DNA from: Spartobacteria bacterium
Lineage (GTDB): Bacteria; Verrucomicrobiota; Verrucomicrobiia; Chthoniobacterales; UBA6821
Direction of reading: 5' to 3'
Length of the DNA: 59,602 nucleotides
Assembly (NCBI GenBank): GCA_947466005.1
Contig: CANIBV010000001.1
Location: 1 to 59,602 of the forward strand
The notes below the pieces were generated by a model, which worked only from the letters and a program-made list of their open reading frames with translations, ran no database searches and was not told the origin of the DNA. The position numbers were made by a program, and so were the translations under genes. Shown here piece by piece: positions 26,214 to 34,879 of the stretch (position 1 is the first letter of the stretch; every line of letters starts with the position of its first letter).

Positions 26214-27905
26214 ATGAATCCGCATCAGGTCATCGACATCTTCATACGCTCGGGAACACTCACAGAAGCCAACGGTGAGGAGCTTCTCGTCGAAGCCGTG
26301 AATTCGGGCCGTCCGATCGAGGAGATCATACTCGAGCAGGGAATTGTCAGCGGCGAAGCCTTCGCCCAAATTATCGCTACAGAGCTTGGGGTCGAGGCAG
26401 TCGATCTCACCGGATTCGAGCCCATCCCAGCACTCCTTCACCTCGTGCCGGCAGGGACGGCCCGCCTCAATGAAGTCATTCCGCTGGCCGCCTCCGGAAA
26501 TGTCCTCACGGTGGCCCTTGGCAACCCCCTCGACACCCAGGCGCTCGAGGACCTCCGCTTCACGCTCAATCGCGAGATCGTGCTGGTGGTCGCCCCCTTC
26601 CATCAGGTCAGGGAACTCATCCGCACGCACTACGGCTCCGAGGAGACCTCAATGGAGGAGATCCTCCAGCAACTCGACAGCGCTGACGTCACGTTGCTCG
26701 ATAATGAGGAAGAACAATTCAATGCAGCAGCGGCCGCGGCCGAGGCTAATGCCACTCCCATTATCCGCTATGTCGACCTGATCCTTGACCGGGCCGTGCA
26801 GGCTCAGGCGAGTGACATCCATTTCGAGCCCTTCGAAAAAGAGTTCAAGATCCGTTACCGCGTCGATGGCGCGCTCTACGAGATGGAGCCACCTCCACGA
26901 CACCTCGCATTGCCCGTCACATCACGTCTCAAGGTGATGGCTAACCTGAATATCGCCGAACGCCGTGTCCCTCAGGATGGACGCATCCAGCGTCAGATTG
27001 GTGATAAAATCATCGATCTTCGTGTCTCCTGCCTGCCAACCCAGTTCGGTGAGAGCGTGGTGCTCCGCGTGCTGGATCGCAGCGCAGTGAAGCTGGATCT
27101 CGAAACACTCCAAATGCCCGAAGAGATCTACGAGTACATCCTGCAGATCATTGAAAAACCAAACGGCATCTTCATCGTCTGCGGACCCACAGGCTCGGGA
27201 AAAACGACTACCCTCTACGCCTGCCTGAACAAGATCAACACGATCGACTCCAAGCTCCTGACCGCCGAGGATCCCGTAGAATATGAAATCGACGGAATCC
27301 TTCAGGTTCCGATCAACGAGGCCGCAGGAGTCACCTTCGCCGGTGCCCTCAGGGCCTTCCTTCGTCAGGATCCAGATCGCATCATGATCGGGGAAACCCG
27401 TGATCTGGAAACCGCCCAAATCGCGATCCAGGCGTCTCTCACCGGTCACCTTGTCTTCACCACGCTCCACGCTAACGACTCTACCGGCGTTGTCTCCCGA
27501 CTCGTCGACATGGGGGTGGAGCCATTCATGCTCTCGGCCTCTTTGGAGGGTGTGCTCGCTCAGCGACTGGTGCGACGGATCTGCATCAAGTGCAAGACAC
27601 CCTACGAACCGGATGAAGCGCTCCTCTCAAGGTTAGGACTCTCCCCCTACGACATTGGCGACAAGACGTTCTACTTCGGCAAGGGATGCACCGATTGCAA
27701 TCAAACCGGGTACAAGGGGCGGAAGGGACTCTATGAGCTACTCAAGGTCTCCGACCCCATCCGCATGATGATCAATGAGCGCTCCCCCGGCGTCGTCATC
27801 CGACAGAAGGCCGTTGAGTTGGGTATGAAGACGCTTCGAGACGACGGTCTGCGCTGCATCTTTGATGGTGTCACCACGATCGAGGAAGTCCTCAAGTACA
27901 CCTAA
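26214..27905 (+). CDS. GspE/PilB-family secretion/pilus assembly ATPase (copy 2)
   Basis: ORF track 563 aa. Same architecture as copy 1 (GPTGSGKTTT, MIGETRD, FTTLHANDS, CIKC...CTDC). It starts 18 nt after copy 1. Confidence 0.88.
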   Translation: MNPHQVIDIFIRSGTLTEANGEELLVEAVNSGRPIEEIILEQGIVSGEAFAQIIATELGVEAVDLTGFEPIPALLHLVPAGTARLNEVIPLAASGNVLTVALGNPLDTQALEDLRFTLNREIVLVVAPFHQVRELIRTHYGSEETSMEEILQQLDSADVTLLDNEEEQFNAAAAAAEANATPIIRYVDLILDRAVQAQASDIHFEPFEKEFKIRYRVDGALYEMEPPPRHLALPVTSRLKVMANLNIAERRVPQDGRIQRQIGDKIIDLRVSCLPTQFGESVVLRVLDRSAVKLDLETLQMPEEIYEYILQIIEKPNGIFIVCGPTGSGKTTTLYACLNKINTIDSKLLTAEDPVEYEIDGILQVPINEAAGVTFAGALRAFLRQDPDRIMIGETRDLETAQIAIQASLTGHLVFTTLHANDSTGVVSRLVDMGVEPFMLSASLEGVLAQRLVRRICIKCKTPYEPDEALLSRLGLSPYDIGDKTFYFGKGCTDCNQTGYKGRKGLYELLKVSDPIRMMINERSPGVVIRQKAVELGMKTLRDDGLRCIFDGVTTIEEVLKYT

Positions 27906-28004
27906 AAAGGGTACACTTCATTCAGAGACAGCCTGGGACTTGGGCTCATACCCGACTCACAGCCACCTGTTTGGCTCGTGACATCGAGACGGCTAGAACT
28001 CCTT

Positions 28005-28352
28005 CTATAGTGGGGATGCCGCTGAAGCAGGCGCAACGGGAACTACAGCAGGAGAAGCAGGTGCCGGAGGAACGAATTTGGCAGCAACAGGACGATTTCC
28101 CGAAACAGGAGGTATCCAGAGGCTCTGAACGATGAGCTGCTTATTGATCGGAGCGATCAAGCTGTAACTCCCCTTACCATCGGGAAGCATCGGCGTTCCC
28201 CATCGATCACGGCAAACAACCTGAACGGCGGAAATTTTCTCTCCCGCCAGCGTGTGATTCATCACCGGGACTCCGGGCGGCATCTCGATATTTCCTAGAA
28301 AGGAAGAGCCACCGGCAATCAGGAGCTTGGGAAGGAGCAGAAGGAAAGTCAT
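28005..28352 (-). CDS. small secreted hypothetical protein with Pro/Ala-rich tail
   Basis: ORF track 115 aa with a signal-peptide-like start. It is the last gene of a three-gene minus-strand unit. No motif recognised. Confidence 0.35.
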   Translation of the reverse strand: MTFLLLLPKLLIAGGSSFLGNIEMPPGVPVMNHTLAGEKISAVQVVCRDRWGTPMLPDGKGSYSLIAPINKQLIVQSLWIPPVSGNRPVAAKFVPPAPASPAVVPVAPASAASPL

Positions 28353-28422
28353 GGAAGTAATATCTACAAAAAAACTGTTACCCTATTTTCAGCCTTAATA
28401 CAAGCACACGAGATTGGTGAGT

Positions 28423-29046
28423 TTATTTTGCCCCGGGATAATTCCAGAAAGCCTTCATCTCTTTCAATAAGGTGGTTGTTGCACGGGCCGGGAGCATGCG
28501 CGTATCGCGCGGGGTCGGAATGGGCTCAGGCTTAGGGGGCGGTTGTGGTGCGCTCCTGATCACTTCCTCACTCAGGGCCGTGGGTATGTTGACCCCGATC
28601 TCAAGTTCGCTTGGAGTCAATGCAGGAAGTTCACCGCGCTTGGAGACATGAAGATGCATCGGCTTGGTCATCATCGTCAGGCTCCCGTCCCTCAAACGGA
28701 TCGGTGGAATTTCAAAATCTCCGGTCTCCTTCGGGACTATCTTGTAACGGAACAGCCATACATCCCCATCCCCTGCGTGCAGTAGTTGTGGTTTACGAAG
28801 GGCATGCAATCGGAATGATGACGGTCTCTCGATCGATTCGATCACAGGGTGGCGGGCATTGTGAACAGTAAGGACCAACTCCACACGCTCTCCCGGTTTG
28901 GCGGCTCGGCGGGAGAGCGTGGCCATTGCGGAGGATGGTGCGCCAACAACGGGCGATCCAATCACTTGGTCACCTCCCAGTAGGCAAAGAGCAAGAGGCG
29001 GAAGTAGCGCGCGCAGGGTGGCCACGTTGAAATTCATCAGAGTCAT
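28423..29046 (-). CDS. secreted hypothetical protein, BatD-like beta-sandwich suggested
   Basis: ORF track 28423..29241, trimmed to ATG 29046 (MTLMNFNVATL..., signal peptide) because the longer form overlaps the HTH gene. The GERVELVLTV...FRYKIVPKETGDFEIPPIRL pattern resembles BatD/DUF11-type domains. This is a weak call. Confidence 0.3.
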   Translation of the reverse strand: MTLMNFNVATLRALLPPLALCLLGGDQVIGSPVVGAPSSAMATLSRRAAKPGERVELVLTVHNARHPVIESIERPSSFRLHALRKPQLLHAGDGDVWLFRYKIVPKETGDFEIPPIRLRDGSLTMMTKPMHLHVSKRGELPALTPSELEIGVNIPTALSEEVIRSAPQPPPKPEPIPTPRDTRMLPARATTTLLKEMKAFWNYPGAK

Positions 29047-29110
29047 ATAATGGGGGACTCCACCGATGGATCCAAACAGAATAGCGTTACTATTCGGATA
29101 TGTCCCTGAA

Positions 29111-29479
29111 TCACCACTCGCCGAAGAGGTCAACCTGAACAGCCTGTCCGGGGATGGGAGCACCGGGGGCTTTTTGCTTTCTGGGTTTGGGGGTCTTCTT
29201 CTTTGGCGGTTCAAAGGTCTTCTTCCATTGCTTCTGGACATCCTTGATCACCGCATTGGATCTCTTGTAGTGCTGTTTACGACGATTCTGCGCAATGGAG
29301 GGAGTCAACCGGAGCGCCTTGCGTGCTCTCTCCACACGGGCTTCCGTAATCTTGCCGCGCAGGCGCCAGTGCCCCCCCTTGGTTGTGTAGACGCCGACAA
29401 TTTTCCCCTCCTCGGAGTAGCGTCGGAGTTGCCTATCGGAAATCCCTAAAAGTGAGGCCATTTGCTTAAAAGTGGACAT
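29111..29479 (-). CDS. excisionase/MerR-type helix-turn-helix protein with Lys/Pro-rich tail
   Basis: ORF track 122 aa. FKQMASLLGISDRQLRRYSEEGKI...GGHWRL fits the HTH_17 pattern, and the tail is KKKTPKPRKQKAPGAP. Confidence 0.55.
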   Translation of the reverse strand: MSTFKQMASLLGISDRQLRRYSEEGKIVGVYTTKGGHWRLRGKITEARVERARKALRLTPSIAQNRRKQHYKRSNAVIKDVQKQWKKTFEPPKKKTPKPRKQKAPGAPIPGQAVQVDLFGEW

Positions 29480-29610
29480 AAGCGATTGAGTATTCCTTTT
29501 GAATCAGAACGGAATGCATTGCAAGTAAATGAATCATCCCATCCTCAGCTGCCTGGCGCTCAACTCAACCGCTCTTCGACCACCCACCACGGGCCAGCCC
29601 AAACCTCGGG

Positions 29611-30051
29611 CTATTGCGCCGACACACGACCCACTGCATCCCTCACCTTGGATAGAAATGTCCCGTTTTGAGATAGCTCCTCCAGAAGCACCTCGATGGC
29701 CGTTAGGGAAGCCGCGCTGAGATGATGCTCCATGCCCTCGACATCATGTTCCACCTCACTTTCTGGAACGCCCATGGCCCTGAAGAAGTCAGTGAGGATG
29801 CGATGGCGGCGAGCGATGGCACGTGCAATCGCCTCCCCCTCCGTCGTGAGGATCAGACCGCGGTACTTTTCATGCCGAACAAATCCCTCGGCATCTAGAC
29901 GCTTCACCATATTCGTCACGCTGGCCTGGGAGATGCCAAGACTACCGGCGATATCAACAACCCTTGCGTAGCCCTTGGTGTCGATCAATTCCTGGATCCG
30001 CTCCAAGTAGTCCTCGGCGGCGGAGGATGACCTGTTACCTGTTTTGATCAT
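29611..30051 (-). CDS. mntR: DtxR-family manganese-responsive transcriptional regulator
   Basis: ORF track 146 aa. EDYLERIQELI...ARVVDIAGSLGISQASVTNMVKRL HTH and metal-site residues (EHDVEGMEHH). It is divergent from mntH. Confidence 0.86.
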   Translation of the reverse strand: MIKTGNRSSSAAEDYLERIQELIDTKGYARVVDIAGSLGISQASVTNMVKRLDAEGFVRHEKYRGLILTTEGEAIARAIARRHRILTDFFRAMGVPESEVEHDVEGMEHHLSAASLTAIEVLLEELSQNGTFLSKVRDAVGRVSAQ

Positions 30052-30112
30052 TGGAAATTCCGTTATTAGGATGGTTATTGGGATTATTTGAAGAGGCGCT
30101 TTCCGTTTTGGA

Positions 30113-30141
30113 TTGCGATAGATTTATAGCCGAGTATAAAT
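30113..30141 (+). promoter_or_regulatory. candidate mntH promoter with overlapping palindromic operator (possible MntR box)
   Basis: TTGCGA (30113-30118), a 16-nt spacer, then TATAAA (30135-30140). The perfect inverted repeat ATTTATA-gccgag-TATAAAT (30122-30141) overlaps the spacer and the -10 element. It lies 23 nt upstream of the mntH ATG. Confidence 0.4.
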
Positions 30142-30163
30142 TAATTAGCCAACACTAATTCCC

Positions 30164-31474
30164 ATGCCGCATCCGACCTCGCCCAGCCTTCCGGAAGTCC
30201 ACCGGTCACTGAATGTTCCCGCGCATCGCGGATTCTGGGGCAAAATGATTGCCTTTGCCGGACCCGGCTATCTCGTGGCCGTCGGCTACATGGATCCAGG
30301 AAACTGGGCCACGGATCTGGCCGGCGGATCCAAATACAACTACACGCTCCTTTCTGTCATCCTGCTCTCGAGCATCATGGCGATGTTCCTGCAGTACCTC
30401 TCGCTCAAGCTCGGCATCGCGACGGGTAAGGATCTCGCTCAGACATGCCGCCAGCACTACGGACCGCGGGCGGCCGTCCCGTTATGGCTTGCAGCCGAAA
30501 TCGGCATTGCCGCCTGCGATCTTGCCGAGGTCGTCGGGGCCGCCATCGCGCTGAACCTCCTCTTTCACCTCCCTCTCCTGGTGGGAGTCCTCATCACCAC
30601 GCTGGATGTCCTGCTCCTTCTCCTGCTTCAGCAGAAAGGGTTCCGTTACATCGAGGCCATCGTCATCACGCTGATCGCAACGATTGCCGCATGCTTCGGA
30701 CTGGAGATCCTCTTCTCCAAGCCGGAAATCCTTCCCATCTTGAAAGGATTTCTGCCAACCCCTTCGATCGTCACCGATCCGAGCATGCTCTTTATCGCGA
30801 TGGGCATCATCGGCGCCACCGTCATGCCGCATAACCTCTACCTGCACTCCTCAATTGTGCAGACGCGCCGCTATCCCCTCGACACTGTCGGCAAGCGCGA
30901 AGCCATACGGTTTGCCACCCTTGATTCCAACATCGCACTCTCCATTGCTCTCCTCATCAATGCGGCGATCCTCATCCTTGCGGCCTCCACCTTTTACCGC
31001 GCAGGGAGAACCGACATCGCCGAGATTCAGGAAGCTTACAAACTCCTCACCCCGATGCTTGGCGTAGGTGCAGCGAGCACCCTCTTTGCCGTCGCCCTTC
31101 TCGCTGCGGGGCAGAACAGCACCCTCACCGGAACCCTCGCGGGTCAGATCGTGATGGAGGGATTCATCCACGTCCGGATTACTCCCTGGATGCGACGCCT
31201 GATCACCAGACTCCTTGCTGTCATCCCTGCGATCCTCGTCATCACGCTTGTGGGGGACTCGGCCACCACCAAGCTCCTGCTCATCAGCCAGGTCATTCTC
31301 AGCATGCAACTCAGCTTTGCCGTCGTCCCCCTCGTCCAGTTCACGGGCACCAAGGAGATCATGGGCGAGTTTGTGAATGCCCACTGGATCCGCTTCATCG
31401 GTTGGGGTGTGGCAACCCTAATCGCCTCGCTCAATCTCTGGTTGATCATCGTGCAATTTCACAGCGGCTTTTAA
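30164..31474 (+). CDS. mntH: Nramp-family divalent metal (Mn2+/Fe2+) transporter
   Basis: ORF track 436 aa. GPGYLVAVGYMDPGNWATDL and ATVMPHNLYLHS Nramp signatures. Confidence 0.93.
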   Translation: MPHPTSPSLPEVHRSLNVPAHRGFWGKMIAFAGPGYLVAVGYMDPGNWATDLAGGSKYNYTLLSVILLSSIMAMFLQYLSLKLGIATGKDLAQTCRQHYGPRAAVPLWLAAEIGIAACDLAEVVGAAIALNLLFHLPLLVGVLITTLDVLLLLLLQQKGFRYIEAIVITLIATIAACFGLEILFSKPEILPILKGFLPTPSIVTDPSMLFIAMGIIGATVMPHNLYLHSSIVQTRRYPLDTVGKREAIRFATLDSNIALSIALLINAAILILAASTFYRAGRTDIAEIQEAYKLLTPMLGVGAASTLFAVALLAAGQNSTLTGTLAGQIVMEGFIHVRITPWMRRLITRLLAVIPAILVITLVGDSATTKLLLISQVILSMQLSFAVVPLVQFTGTKEIMGEFVNAHWIRFIGWGVATLIASLNLWLIIVQFHSGF

Positions 31475-31496
31475 TGTTTGGAGAAGTGACTTCGCC

Positions 31497-32369
31497 ATGA
31501 CCAAGACACCCCAGGATCCACAATGGCAGGGGTACGAGTTCCTCTCCTCGGGCGACGGGCAGAAGCTAGAGCGCTGGGGAGGTCGGATCCTTCTGCGTCC
31601 TGAGACCGAGGCGCTCTGGCAATGGAAAGACCCCTCTGCTCTCCCGGCATGGGACGGCCGCTACTCCGGGGCACATGCCACGGGAGGAGAGTGGAACTGG
31701 CGAACTCCACTCCCCGATCCCTGTGTTATCAGCTACGGGAATCTCTCCTTCCTGATCAAGCCGACCAATTCCAAACACCTTGGCCTCTTCCCCGAACAGT
31801 CAACTAACTGGGACTGGATCACATCGACAATCAGCGCGAGTACCCAGCGGGCAACATCGGTCAAGGTGCTCAATCTTTTTGGTTATACAGGCGGAGCAAC
31901 TCTTGCAGCGGCGGCTTCGGGAGCCTCCGTCACACATGTCGATGCCGCGCGGGCCATTGTTGGCTGGTGCTCCGAGAATGCCCGCCTCTCCTGCTTGGCC
32001 GAGGCAACCATCCGCTACATCGTCGAGGATGCGGTGACCTTCATCCAGCGGGAAGTCCGCCGGGGCAACCACTATGATGGCATCATCATGGATCCCCCCA
32101 GCTTCGGACGAGGCAAGGGAGGCGAACTCTGGAAGCTCTCCGAACACCTCCCCTTCCTCATTGATACTGCTCAGGAGGCACTCACCGAGAATCCCCTCTT
32201 CCTTCTGCTCAATACCTACAGTAGCGCGATCGACGACCTCGCGGAGAGCATGATCACCAAACGGCTTTCACGCCTTGGAGGATCCTGTGATATCGTGAAG
32301 CTCGGTCAGACGGGGACACTTGATCATCAATGGCTACCGGGTGGAATTGCCCACCGCTGGGTGGCCTAG
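31497..32369 (+). CDS. class I SAM-dependent methyltransferase (RlmI-like catalytic domain, no PUA)
   Basis: ORF track 290 aa. VLNLFGYTGGAT (SAM motif I) and IIMDPPSFGRGK (motif IV, DPPxF). Confidence 0.72.
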   Translation: MTKTPQDPQWQGYEFLSSGDGQKLERWGGRILLRPETEALWQWKDPSALPAWDGRYSGAHATGGEWNWRTPLPDPCVISYGNLSFLIKPTNSKHLGLFPEQSTNWDWITSTISASTQRATSVKVLNLFGYTGGATLAAAASGASVTHVDAARAIVGWCSENARLSCLAEATIRYIVEDAVTFIQREVRRGNHYDGIIMDPPSFGRGKGGELWKLSEHLPFLIDTAQEALTENPLFLLLNTYSSAIDDLAESMITKRLSRLGGSCDIVKLGQTGTLDHQWLPGGIAHRWVA

Positions 32370-32438
32370 CGTGGGCTTGCCATGGGAGGTATATCTGCGA
32401 TCCTTAAAGTAGAACTCCAACCCTCAACCATCACTCCC

Positions 32439-32876
32439 ATGAACGACAACACGCACACCACTTCCGCCACCGAAAAACTTGAAAGCAGTCAGGCCCATGC
32501 CAAGAAAGCACTGGATGTCACTGCGGCCGCAGCTCGTGAAGTGGCAGAGGCGGCCAAGAGCAGTGCCCGCGCTGCCTATTCCACGGGACGTGAGGAGCTG
32601 GGGGCAGCGGCCAATGACCTCAAACATGCAGCCCGCTCCACTTACGAAGATCTCTCTAAGACAGCCCGAGCAAAATATGGTGATCTCTCCCAGCAGGCTC
32701 GCGAGCGTTACAATGACGCGGCCGAGCGCACCAGTGAAGCTGCCGCCGAATACAAGGCCCAGTTCGATGAGATTGCCGATCAGGCCGAAGATTATGTCAG
32801 GGACAACCCATTCAAGGCTGTGGGTATCACCTTTGCCGTAGGTCTTGTGGTCGGACTCCTCCTCCGTCGTCGATAA
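32439..32876 (+). CDS. ElaB/YqjD (DUF883) family membrane-anchored protein
   Basis: ORF track 32382..32876, trimmed to ATG 32439. The C-terminus AEDYVRDNPFKAVGITFAVGLVVGLLLRRR closely matches the E. coli YqjD/ElaB tail. Confidence 0.8.
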   Translation: MNDNTHTTSATEKLESSQAHAKKALDVTAAAAREVAEAAKSSARAAYSTGREELGAAANDLKHAARSTYEDLSKTARAKYGDLSQQARERYNDAAERTSEAAAEYKAQFDEIADQAEDYVRDNPFKAVGITFAVGLVVGLLLRRR

Positions 32877-32936
32877 TCCGACACAGCCAGAGCCCGAGAG
32901 CCCCACTCCTTCAGCCAGCTGAGGCAGACCAGACTC

Positions 32937-33341
32937 ATGATTCCGCACGACCTCCCCGGAGGAATTCCTTCACGGATCTCAGGCCTGACCGCCGGACTGA
33001 TCAGGCATCTTCTCTCCTTGGTGTCGCTCGCTGCCCTGGAGGGCAGGGTGTTCATCCGCCAGAGTATCGCCGGAATCATCCTGCTGGCGGCTCTTATCCT
33101 CTTCGCCATGATTGCCTACGTGGCGCTGATCGCATCTGGGATCTCACTGCTGGCCATGTACCTGAAATGGGGGTGGCCTCTCTCCCTCGCAGCTGCAGGA
33201 CTGCTTCACTTCGCGCTTGTCGGCATCCTGTACAAGCTACTCCGTGCACGCATCGCACCACGCCCCTTTGAGGCCACTTCGGCCGAACTCCAGAGAGATA
33301 TCGACGCGCTGAGCATCTACTCCAATCACTCCCCTCGATGA
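32937..33341 (+). CDS. YqjE-like (DUF1469, holin-X-like) membrane protein
   Basis: ORF track 134 aa. Two long TM hairpin segments, and a position after the yqjD-like gene as in the E. coli yqjDEK operon. Confidence 0.55.
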   Translation: MIPHDLPGGIPSRISGLTAGLIRHLLSLVSLAALEGRVFIRQSIAGIILLAALILFAMIAYVALIASGISLLAMYLKWGWPLSLAAAGLLHFALVGILYKLLRARIAPRPFEATSAELQRDIDALSIYSNHSPR

Positions 33342-33751
33342 ACTCTTCACCGGAACTTCTCAAGCTCCAGCAATCTCTCCGTGAGAGCCGCAGCAGTATA
33401 TCAAAGGAGTATGCCGGACTGATCTCCGATCTCGACATTCGGAAGCGCTTCACCGAATCCGTACGACACCATCCCCTCCGCTGGATCGGCGGAGCCGCGG
33501 GAGCCGGACTGATCGCCACACTCTTTGGGGGACTCAAGGGCGCCTCCCGCAAGTCCTCCATCACTTCAGCCGCATCTGCTGCAGCACCAATAATAGGCGC
33601 GGCGGCTCAGGGAGCCTCTACTATTTCCAAGTTCACCTGGTTGGGAGGAGCCCTTGAAGTCGGGAAGCTTCTCTACCCGATTCTCCGCCCTGTCGTTGTC
33701 GAATTTGTCAGTAACGCGGCGCAGGCGGGCCTCGCCAAGAAGTCGCGCTGA
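33338..33751 (+). CDS. YqjK-like membrane protein (tentative)
   Basis: ORF track 137 aa. It has a 4-nt ATGA overlap with the previous gene, an N-terminal coiled region and then a Gly/Ala-rich TM segment. The call rests mainly on operon position. Confidence 0.35.
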   Translation: MNSSPELLKLQQSLRESRSSISKEYAGLISDLDIRKRFTESVRHHPLRWIGGAAGAGLIATLFGGLKGASRKSSITSAASAAAPIIGAAAQGASTISKFTWLGGALEVGKLLYPILRPVVVEFVSNAAQAGLAKKSR

Positions 33752-33779
33752 TTTCCCGCTTCTCGGCTCCCCCCTCACG

Positions 33780-34868
33780 ATGAGTATGAATTCAGATTCG
33801 ACACTTCCCAGCCACGTCGATGAGTACCTCGACCTTGGTAAGCAGGCTGAGGCTTCGGATATCCACCTGAGCGTCTCCAGTCCCCCTACCTGCCGACGCT
33901 ACGGAACGCTTCTTCCGATGTGGGAGAATGCCCCCCCGCTCACGGCTGAAAACACAGAGTCACTCGTCCGAGGATTCCTGGATGAGCACCAGTTGGCACG
34001 GCTTCAGGAGATTGGTGATGTCGACTTCGCCTACAACAACGCCAACGGACGCTACCGCACCAGTGTTGTCCGCCAGCGTCTCGGCTACGACCTTGCCTTC
34101 CGCATCATCAGCAGCACTCTCCGTACACTCGATGAACTCGGAATGCCCAAGCAACTGAAGCTGCTCACTCAGTATAACAACGGCCTAGTTCTGGTGACCG
34201 GCCCCATGGGCAGTGGCAAGACCACAACCCTTGCGGCACTAGTGCAGGAGATCAATCTCCATCGTGGTGACCATATCATCACCCTAGAGGAGCCAATCGA
34301 ATACATCATCCCTTCGGCCAGTTGCCAGGTCACGCAGCGCGAGGTCCACACACATACCAAATCATTCGCGGCGGCACTCCGTGGAGCCCTCCGTGAAGAC
34401 CCAGATGTCATCATGGTGGGTGAGATGCGTGATCTGGAGACCATTCAGCTGGCTATCTCGGCCTCCGAGACCGGCCACTTGGTTCTCGGGACCCTCCACA
34501 CCAGTAATGCGCCCCGCACACTCGACCGACTGCTCGACGTCTTTCCAGCCGACCAGCGCGACCAGATCCGGATGATGGTCAGCGAATCGCTGCGCGGCAT
34601 CGTCAGCCAGCAACTCATCCCGCGAGCCGACGGTCAGGGCCGCGCCGTGGCGATGGAGATCATGCTGAATTCCCCGGCCATCGGCAACGTGATCCGCGAG
34701 TCGAAAACCTTCATGCTCCCCGGCATCATCCAGACAGGAAAAAAAGCGGGGATGATCCTGATGGATGAGTCCGTGGCAGAGCTTTTCCGCCAAGGAATCA
34801 TCACCGCCGAGGAAGCCCTCTACCGTGCGGAGAACAAGACCGAGATGAAAATCGTCTGCGGCATCTAA
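33780..34868 (+). CDS. pilT: PilT-family type IV pilus retraction ATPase (copy 1)
   Basis: ORF track 33654..34868, trimmed to ATG 33780. ASDIHL, Walker A GPMGSGKTTT, MVGEMRD, GTLHTSNA and the AIGNVIRESK motif. Confidence 0.88.
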   Translation: MSMNSDSTLPSHVDEYLDLGKQAEASDIHLSVSSPPTCRRYGTLLPMWENAPPLTAENTESLVRGFLDEHQLARLQEIGDVDFAYNNANGRYRTSVVRQRLGYDLAFRIISSTLRTLDELGMPKQLKLLTQYNNGLVLVTGPMGSGKTTTLAALVQEINLHRGDHIITLEEPIEYIIPSASCQVTQREVHTHTKSFAAALRGALREDPDVIMVGEMRDLETIQLAISASETGHLVLGTLHTSNAPRTLDRLLDVFPADQRDQIRMMVSESLRGIVSQQLIPRADGQGRAVAMEIMLNSPAIGNVIRESKTFMLPGIIQTGKKAGMILMDESVAELFRQGIITAEEALYRAENKTEMKIVCGI

Positions 34869-34879
34869 TTCCAACGACC

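Noticed and set aside
25914-26630. 238-aa minus-strand ORF spanning the junction of the two PilB-like genes.
   Set aside because: It is antisense to two strongly supported ATPase genes and has no motifs.
29047-29241. Upstream extension of the 28423 ORF (to 272 aa), overlapping the HTH gene.
   Set aside because: The extension is Arg/Pro-rich and overlaps the well-formed HTH ORF. ATG 29046 is followed directly by a signal peptide.
29111-29479. Excisionase-type HTH as a marker of a prophage or ICE.
   Set aside because: No integrase, phage structural, conjugation or att-like repeats occur anywhere in the window. The flanks are ordinary chromosomal genes.
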